In this document: positions 29,401 through 38,400 of the stretch, piece by piece
Numbering within the stretch: position 1 is the stretch's first letter
Layout: each line of letters begins with the position of its first letter
NCBI GenBank assembly: GCA_964402975.1
Contig: CAYOEM010000002.1
Coordinates: 156,729-220,728, forward strand
Source of the DNA: an uncultured Polynucleobacter sp.
GTDB taxonomy: Bacteria > Bdellovibrionota_B > Oligoflexia > Oligoflexales > RGVZ01
Length of the DNA: 64,000 bases
Reading direction: 5' to 3'
Notes under the pieces: model-generated
Told to the model about the DNA's origin: nothing
The model's database searches: none
What the model saw: the letters and a program-made list of their open reading frames with translations, nothing else
Program-made: the position numbers and the translations under genes

Positions 29401-32400
29401 CGAATAAATGGGCGTAAAGAGTCCTGCTATCGTTGGTGGCCATGCTAAAGCCCACGCCACTCAAAGACGTAGTCCCGTCAAAAGTCGCACTGGATGCAAT
29501 TTTGACATATCCGGGAGTGGTGCTGACCGTAGGTGTAAATGCTAGGGTGCCGCTCAATACGGGCTGAGCTGTGGCCCTTGGTGTCAGACCTGTGACTTTC
29601 AAGACAGAAGGCTCTGGGGCTTTGTAAAGCACAAATCTCTGGTCAGCTGTTTGAACTGTCGCTGTGTCTGCTGCGAACGTTCTTAGACCTGCCGGCGACA
29701 CATCGGCTGACCTCCCACCTGTGCTTGGATTGCTTGGAGTCGAGGATCCACCGCTGTCCCAAGTAAATGTCAAGAAGTCGCTGGTCCAAGTCTTAGCTGG
29801 GTTCTGGAATTGGTCTCTGACTAGGACTTGTACATCAAACTTCGCACCAGCTTGGACCGTCGTGCTGACGGTGGATAGCACATACTCCGTCGGAGTGGCA
29901 TTAATAACTGTCAGCGCGTTAGTACTGCTAACGCTACGGCGCACACCACTTGGGCCACGACCACCAACTCCGGAGGGCCCAGGAGTGTAGTTATCAACCA
30001 TGTGGAAGTCGGCAATGGTCTCTGCGTTCTTAAAGTTCGCCGATAGGCCTGTGACTTGGCCCCCGCTAAAGGACAGAATGCCGCCTGTGCCGGTCATTGG
30101 TCCAGGCAGTACAGGCGCGTCACCGTTTGGTGCAGCGGTTGGACCTCTCCAGAGATATCTTTGGGCGTTGAGTTGCGTATCGATTCCCTTCGCAACGTTA
30201 CCCGCTTGGTCGAATGCCCGCAGCGTGAAGTTTTGCTGTGCGCCTGCTACTAGCGGGCTCGTCCAACTGTTCAAATTGGGACTAAAATCATAGAAGGTGA
30301 CCATGTCGATATGAGCCTGATAACTATGGAATGTTTTCTGGGACATGCCAACATAGTTAGCCGAGATCGGATCTACGGACATCGATAGCACATGGGCGCC
30401 AGCACGGTGGAAGAGGTTGGAGACTTGCCTTTGGGGTTGGCCGCTCATCGGCACAACCACCTGCTTGTCAGCATCCAATGCATTCTGTAAAGGAACTTGC
30501 TCCAGAACACCAGTATTGAGAGCATCGTTGCCAGACTCCCAGGTGAGCTTAATAGCAGGAGATGTAGCGCCGTCTGACTTAGGGTTCTGGTACTGGTCAA
30601 AAGCCTTGAGTTGAAGATTGAACATGTCGCTAGGAGATGCCCACATAGACGCAGCATTAGATGCAGAGATACCAGTACAATCTGCCCCGCCGGTCACTTT
30701 GGCACATGTAATCGCATAATAGAGAGACGATCCTGGGGAGACCGTAGTCAAGGTGGTGTTGTTGGACGCAATCGATGTTGTTTGATTGTCTTTGACGTTA
30801 ATTTGAAGCCCTGACTCAGCCTTTGTCAGTGTGATGTTGACGTTGGCTACGCCAGCGTTAAATTGTAGCGAGCTCGGCACAATCGGCGCAGTGAGAGCAG
30901 GGGAGATGTGACCCGTGGTAAGTGCCACAGCCGATCCGTCTTGCCACCCAAATGTCAGACCTCGCAGTTCCGTGTCAGCTCCCGTAATCACTTGATCAGC
31001 AGCATCGCGGGCTTCAATCCTGATAGGAGTATCTTGGCCGGCCACTGCGGATGCCGGAGCCGTTAGAGCATAGTTTTTAACCGTTTTAGCCGACGGCACG
31101 GCGGTGAAACTTTGAGAATTCGTCGTAGACCACGACTTCGAACCGTCGGTGGCACTGATAAAGAATTCACCTGGTATATCAATGCCAACCCATGGCACGG
31201 TTGCCGTGGCCGTGTTACTGAGGTTGATTGATAGACACGCTTGATTATTATTGGGAGCAGAGCATTTCAATCGCTGATTTGAGAGCGCTGACATGTCTGA
31301 TCTTTTAACAAGCCCAAGCGTGACCGATTTGGTAACTGGGACAAGGTTACCAAAGGCATCAATTGCCCGAACGTCAATACCAAACCGATTACCCCCGGCA
31401 CTTGCATAACTATTGGTTGATCCAGGATTTGACCAGGCAGGGACCCTTCCAGTGCTCGCGTTGTTAACGTCCAGGGACGATTCCGTTATCGACGTATTAT
31501 AGTGATCAAGAGCCGCAGGTGCGACGGTTCCTAATTTAAGTCCCGATCCACCGATGGCCAGGTTATTTTGCCTAGTATCCGTGTAGGCAAACGATACGAG
31601 AGGCTTACTGAGGCCATACGTACCCGCAGCGTACACTCGTGCGTAGAGATTAACGCAACCATTAGTGAACGTGAGCGAATTGCTGCCAAAAACAAGCGGA
31701 TTAAACTGAGCCCCAGATCCAAGTGAAACAGCCTGGGTCTTTTCTTCCGCATTTTTTAAGATATGGACCGATGACGTTATGCCTAATCCTGTCAACGTGC
31801 CGTTTGGATCTGTCACGGTGACACCGCCGACCACCACGGGGTTTGTGATGACCTGTTGGTTCCTGTCGAGCATACAGACTTTCAGTGCTACTTCGTCACC
31901 GGCAGTGACGTTAGCACCCTCGGCCGGAGACACTTGAGTCACACCAAAAGATTTGAGGGGAGACGCATCGACGCTTATAGTACCCGTGCTGCCGGAAACA
32001 CAGCCCGGTGCGACATCAGCACAGCTAGCCGTAATCACACCGGCGCCTGCAGTGGTTGGAGATAGAGTCGTGGTTAGACTTGGAGTAGGGGCTAATTTAC
32101 CATCTAGCACACTAGATCCTGACCAAGCGATTTGAGGACTCGTTCCTTTGTAGTTACCCCATGGATCAAATAAATGACCAAAGAAAACCTTGGTTTGGTC
32201 ATTGGACATGGTCAAGCCTTTTCCGGTAAAGTCAGACGTAGCATCAAAAGTACTAGCGTCAGCGACTTTCGCGTAGGCGATGGTATCGGATGGCTGTACG
32301 GTAAACGTTAACGACGCCGTCAAGGGTTGACCTGTTTCGGTTTGGGCGCCAGTTCTGGAGCTGGTGACGGTTAGGACGGGTTGTTCCTGGGGAGCAAGTG

Positions 32401-35400
32401 CATTGGCGTTGGAACGATAGAGAGTGAACGGCGATCCCGTTGTTGTAAACGATGCCGTACCAACATCAAACGTGCGTGAACCTGGAGCAAGAACCTCCGC
32501 GGGCTTGATGGCTGCAGTGACGGGATTCGTCACGCTGGGGCTTGCCCCAGACCACGAAAAAGTCAACGTATCGCTTCCGAAGTTTGTGACTAAGTTATTG
32601 TTCTTATCAAAGGCCGTTACCGTCACATTAAATGGGCTGCCGGCTTTGACTGTGGTCGATGGCGCTGACAGGACGAACTTACTTGGAAGCCCCTCAATGA
32701 CCGTAACGGGATTGGTCATTCCACCCTTGCTACTTCGGCGTTTACCGCTTGGATCCTGTCCAACTTGCCCGTTAATGGCGATGACTCCGGAAGGGCCTTT
32801 GACGAAGTTATCAATGACATAAAAGTCGAGGATTTGTTCGGCCTTCGTAAAGGTCACACTCAATGGACCTGTTATACCGTTAACAAATCCTAGATTCGTT
32901 GACGGTGGATAGGAGGGTGCTTGGTTGTTGGGTCCGACGGATCCACCCACCCAAGTGTAGGTTTGTCCGTTCAGTAAGCTGTCGATGCCGGAAAGCACCG
33001 GTCTTGGCCCGGTACCGCAATCGTTAGCCCGAAGTTTGAAGGTTACCGCCTCGCCAACTTTTGGCGTAGTCGGGCTGACATTTTCAAATGAATATCCGCA
33101 AACGGTAGCCAAAGTAGCGCGGTATGTGTGGTAGGTTTTAGTCCGATTACGAGTCCCAGTTGAATCCCCTGGGTCAAATATCTCATAAGCTGCATTACCA
33201 AGACTTCGGCTAAATATATCGTTGAATGTTCTCTGGTCACTGCCACCCATTATAAAAGTAGGTACAGCATTCGGACCATATGTTATGTTTGGCGAACTAA
33301 AAGCTTCGAATGTGCCCGCAACCCCCCCCCTTACTTCGATGTTACTAGAACCAACTGCTTTGTTGCCACAACTATCGACGGTTGTTACTGTGAGGTTAAA
33401 CCGGTTTTCCGGCGAGGCATCCATGACGACTGGATTTGCCGCCGTCCCAGTACAATCTGATCCATCAGACACTTTTGTACAAGTAACGTCATAGCTGACA
33501 GGACTTTGCTTTCTATCTGTGGAGCGCACATTGTTGGACGAGACACTTGGCGCTTGGCTGTCTCGGATATTAAGTTTAAGCACTTCTTTCTTCGTCAGGC
33601 TCCAAAAAGAAAAACCAACCCCGAAACGCGCAACACCCGTAGCGTCAAACACAGGTCTATCGAAACCCGGCACGCAAGCACTGTTGTATCGCGGATTTGA
33701 CGAAATCCCATACGGCGGCAAATGGGTCGAGAGCGGCTGTCCGGATTCATCGATCCAGGTAAAGTTGAGACTAGGGCTATTGAGTAGGTCTTGAATCCCA
33801 GAAATTGGATTACCTTTATTGTCGAGTGCGGACACGGTTACTGATTGGGGCCAATATGGATCATAGATCGCTGGAGCATCCACCCCGTACTCTTTGATAG
33901 TTTTTAACGATGCAGTGGCCGTCAGCATCGCACTGTTTTCAAGGCTTATTCCGCTTTGATCGCTATTTTTTGCAAACACGAAGTAGCTACCAGGAATATC
34001 CATCGCGAGATTGGCGACGGTTACAGGGGCCCCGGCCATTGAGCGCGCGAGACAAACGTTGTCGTTTTGGGGAGCAGCACAGGTCAACTGGAGCGAACTA
34101 GGAGTTTGAGTTCCCTGTAGCTGAAGACCAATCGTAAAGTTACTGTTGTAGGCAATATCGTTACCGTAAACGTCCCTAGCATATACGGTCAGATCAAATC
34201 TATTGCCACCCGTGGTCGTCGCCTTAACATTGACACCCGGACCATTAGGATTTGACAGGGCGGGAACAACTGAAGCACCGGCAAGCACAGGCGCTCCGGC
34301 AATTTTGGTACCGTAGTGGTCGAAATTACCCGGAACAACCGAATTCACTGTAATTCCAGACCCAGAGAAGGGTTTATTGCTTTGCATTGGATCGAGGTAG
34401 GTCATGGTGAGCAAGGGAAGGCTGTTGTATGATCCCTTGGCGTAAATCTGCGCATAAAGATTTGTACAGCCTTGTGTGAATTTGACACTGGCGCCTGCAA
34501 GATCAATTTTTTTAGCCTCAAAATCTGTGCCGCTGCCTGTTGACAGCTGCAATGTCTTGCCCTCTGGATTCGCAATCAAGCCGAAGAGCGAGAACCCCAC
34601 CGGCAATGTGGCCTCAGGATCTGTTACCACTTGACCTTGGTCGTTAAACACCTTGGTAGTGATCACGTTCTTGGCCTCGTCGATCATACAGACTTTGACC
34701 TGGAACTCACTGCCAGCTGGGACGTCTTGGGTTGTCGTAACGTTCTCAAAGCTGAAGGCGTTCAGGGGTTGAGACGCCACCGAGATAGGAGCCGTGATCG
34801 CCGTGAAACCATTCTTGACCGCCTTCAGGGCAAATGTCCCAGGTTTTGTTGCTCGCCAATTAAAGAAACTCACATTGAGCATAGAGCTCAACGCATCGAG
34901 TGGGGACGGATTAGTCGCACCATCAACGTAAAATTGGGCATTTGTGTCACACTCGCCAATGTTACCGTATTGATCTGTCGCGCACGCATTTGTCTTAAAT
35001 GTCCGAGTCAGACTGACGCCCAACGGATAGGTTGCACCCGCTGTTGGGTTGGTGTTGAAGATGGCGTTATATGCCGTCAACGGATCCGCTGAACCTTGTG
35101 CAGGATATCGGATGGCGGCTGGACCCGTTCCGAAGGTAAGGACTGTGCCCGCAGCAAGGCCCGGCTGCGCGTTTACCGGGAACGTCGCTGAGATTGATCT
35201 GGGGGAGTTTTTCTTGCTTTCGCAGATGCTCGCACTTTCAAAGCAGCAATTCAAGGCATCCGCTGCGCACCAAGGAATGACTTTGCTGTCTTTGAGAGTT
35301 AATAGTAAGTTTCGCGATTCATTGGCTTTGACAAGTAAAATATTATCGGCGTCATTGCTCGCAGCAAAGTCTCTGGCTAGGAAATCGGTGAACGGACCAG

Positions 35401-38400
35401 GCTGAACGAGACGCGAAACCGGGTTACTTGCATTAGCAAGGTCAGCCCCAGAGCGTCCCATAAGTCTTGGGTTGCCGCTCGTCGGGCCGTTAGATGGCTG
35501 CTGATCAAAGCGAACCTCGAGGGTACGGTCAATACCAAAAGCGCCATTCTTATCTTGGTATCCTCGCGAAAACGATTGCGCGCCCGACGGATTCCCAAAC
35601 TCATCATATAAGGCAATACGAAGACCAAAGGGTGCATCAGTGGTTAGACTTGATGTCCCTAAGCGGCTCACTTCCATAGTTTTGGGAGGGCCAGCCATGA
35701 GAGTGATGTTTACACCATAGCGGTAGTCAGGGGGAGCGAACCATCCGTCAGTAAATAACAAATTAATAAAGTTATTGCGAGCCATCAGCCCGAAAGCTTT
35801 TCCATTCTGTGTTTGAGGGATTTGCCGGCTATCGCCCACATCAAATATCACCGACGACGGTGAACCCATTGGTCCGTCCGCACCTCTCTTGGCACCCGAT
35901 AGCAGGTTCGATGATGTCTCGAAGCCATCCGTACGGGCTGGACGTATAAAGTTATGGGCAACGTCGTGTTCATGCCAATAGATCTGAGTTTTACCACATT
36001 TATAGGCATAACACCGATCACTTACACCAATCACTGGGGAAACATCCCCATATAAAGGGCCCCACTGAGACTCAGTCACACTATCATCAAACGTTGGGTG
36101 TAAGTGGTGAGCTGTTGACCTAAAGACAGTCAATTTGTCTCCGTGAGTGTGAGGCGATGCAGAACTTCCAGTCAGCTTGTTGTCTGCACCAGTGAAGGTT
36201 ATGCCAGCACCACGGGACTGGAACGCCGGAAACGGATCCTTGCCATCGACTGGGGTGAAGCTTGGCATGTCCACTTGAATAAATTTTTCCAGGTAGGGAA
36301 CTGCCGACTCGCGATTGGCCTCGGTTTGACCGTTATAGAGACAAGCTTTGACGCCGGTCGTAATAACACCTGTGGTTACGGTAACTGTAGTCATTAGCCA
36401 ATCGTTGAGCGATGGCTCCATCGGAACGCTGGGACTTTTGCTATAGTTGAATAAGCCACCGTCATTTGCTGTCATACCCAACAAATAAAAGCCGTCCCTA
36501 AACGGGCCAGTCACGAATACTTGGTTGTGAGGCTGGTAATAGGAGTAAGAGACTGACCTATTACGGTAGTTTTCAGCAAAGATCCCCGCCTGCAGGTCGT
36601 CGACCCCGTTAGGTTTATCTGGCGTCGTATTGATCATTTTAAAAACAACGTTGGGAACAACACCCGTATAGTTGGCGAGCTGGTTGTGCTTCTTGTCGTG
36701 AATAGTGATGACCACGTCATAGCACGTATCAGAAGTCGAAACCCAGTTGGTTTTTTGCTCAGCTGTCGCGGATTCAAAACCAGGCTTGGTCCATGACGCA
36801 TCTGGAGCACCACTTCGCACAAGCTTGGTCTCGATATGCTCAGGATCACCCGGAGTGACGGTCCACCAAGACGACGGCCAGCCAATCAACTGCGGATTCG
36901 TTGTAGAGCGTGGTACGGCAAAACCTTTACCAAAACGGTTTTGCGGTACAAAAACCGTGGTGTATTTATTCACGTCTGTGAACTTCGGATCAGTAATCTG
37001 CTGCGGTGTTCCGGCATAATCGGGATTATAGAACTTGGCTGGGGTCGGATTTTGAGGGTTGGAGTTATCCGCCGTGAAGACATCATAAAGATTATAGGAC
37101 GTATTCCATGCGGTAGAATTTCTCCACGCACCGGTTTGGGGCACAAAGACGGGCGGGACATCAGGAGCGTCCGTTGGCATTTTGAAAATACCGTCATCGG
37201 ATCTAAAGCCATCATAAACCAATCCGTCGCCAGCGACTGCGTCGCGGATATAACTACCACCTGCGTCCGTAACAGCTACAGCAAGAGGAAGTTCTTTGTC
37301 AGCCTTAATCGTTCGTCCTAGGGGGTATTGGAGTGAGCTTTCAATCACCGCACCCGCAGCAGGTCCGCCTTTTTGGTTAGCGAAGAATAGCCGTTGTTCG
37401 CTGCCAACTTTCGTGCCGATAATTTTTGCAAACGTTCCTTGGATACCACCTTCCGTTGTTTGCTTAACGGCCAAAAGCGCGGATGTCCTGGCATCAGCTA
37501 ACGTATATGTACCTGGAACTTCACAAACGCCAGCAAATTCCTTGCCAAACTCACAGTCGAAGTCACCCGATGGAAGCACCGGGGCTATGCCACCCCAGCT
37601 TTTCTCACCAGTGAAACGAACCTGCAATGTTTTAATGCCCTTATAAGAAGGAGAATCCGTACCATCACTGTCCTGGGCGTGGATACGAATTTTGAACTTA
37701 TGTCCGGTTGGAACGGGATCGTCCGAACCAACACGATAAATTACGGTTCCAGGAGCAACGTTACTATCAGCGCTAATAAATTCAAATGCAAACCGCGTCG
37801 CCGCGCCAGCAACTAGGCTCAAACGAGGCGACAGAGCGGGCCTGATTTTGACGGATGATAAATCAATTTGCCCGCCGTCGACACCATACATACCATTGGG
37901 AATAGCCAAGATCCTACCAGTTCCTGGGATCCCTTTGGAGTTGAATGTAACGGAGCTCACTCCTCCTCGATTGTTTAAGCCGAGATGAATACCGCAAAAT
38001 ACATTATTGCCTTCCGGCTGATTTGTCGCCACCCCGTAAGTTGCATCTTCCTTAGCTTGATCGTCGGGGGGAAGGCCTGTCTTTGGGCGACCTGCGTATG
38101 GAGTTTTTGGTTGTGGTCTTGGGCAAGACTCAAAGGAACCATAAGCACTCGGGTCTCGGGTGAAAAGCCTATCTGTCGCCGCTTTGAAGGCTGACGCCAG
38201 TGTGGGATCTTTATCATCTAAGGTGTAAGCAACACCCCAAAACTTAGCATCAGAGAAATCACTTACAAAGTTGGCGGCAGCATCATAGCCCGCTAAGTAA
38301 AAGCTATATTGCTGATCAGACGCCACGCTATAGCCTGTCACCGGGTCTAGCTCTTTCTCGTTCCAGCTCAAACCAGCGCCACCAGCGGTGTCCCGCCAGA

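Noticed and set aside
23666-34774. The 2.8-kb periodicity as a CRISPR-like array or an assembly artefact from collapsed identical repeats.
   Set aside because: The units are 2.7-2.8 kb coding cassettes in one continuous frame. They are strongly diverged at the DNA level, which is neither CRISPR-like nor the signature of mis-assembled identical repeats.
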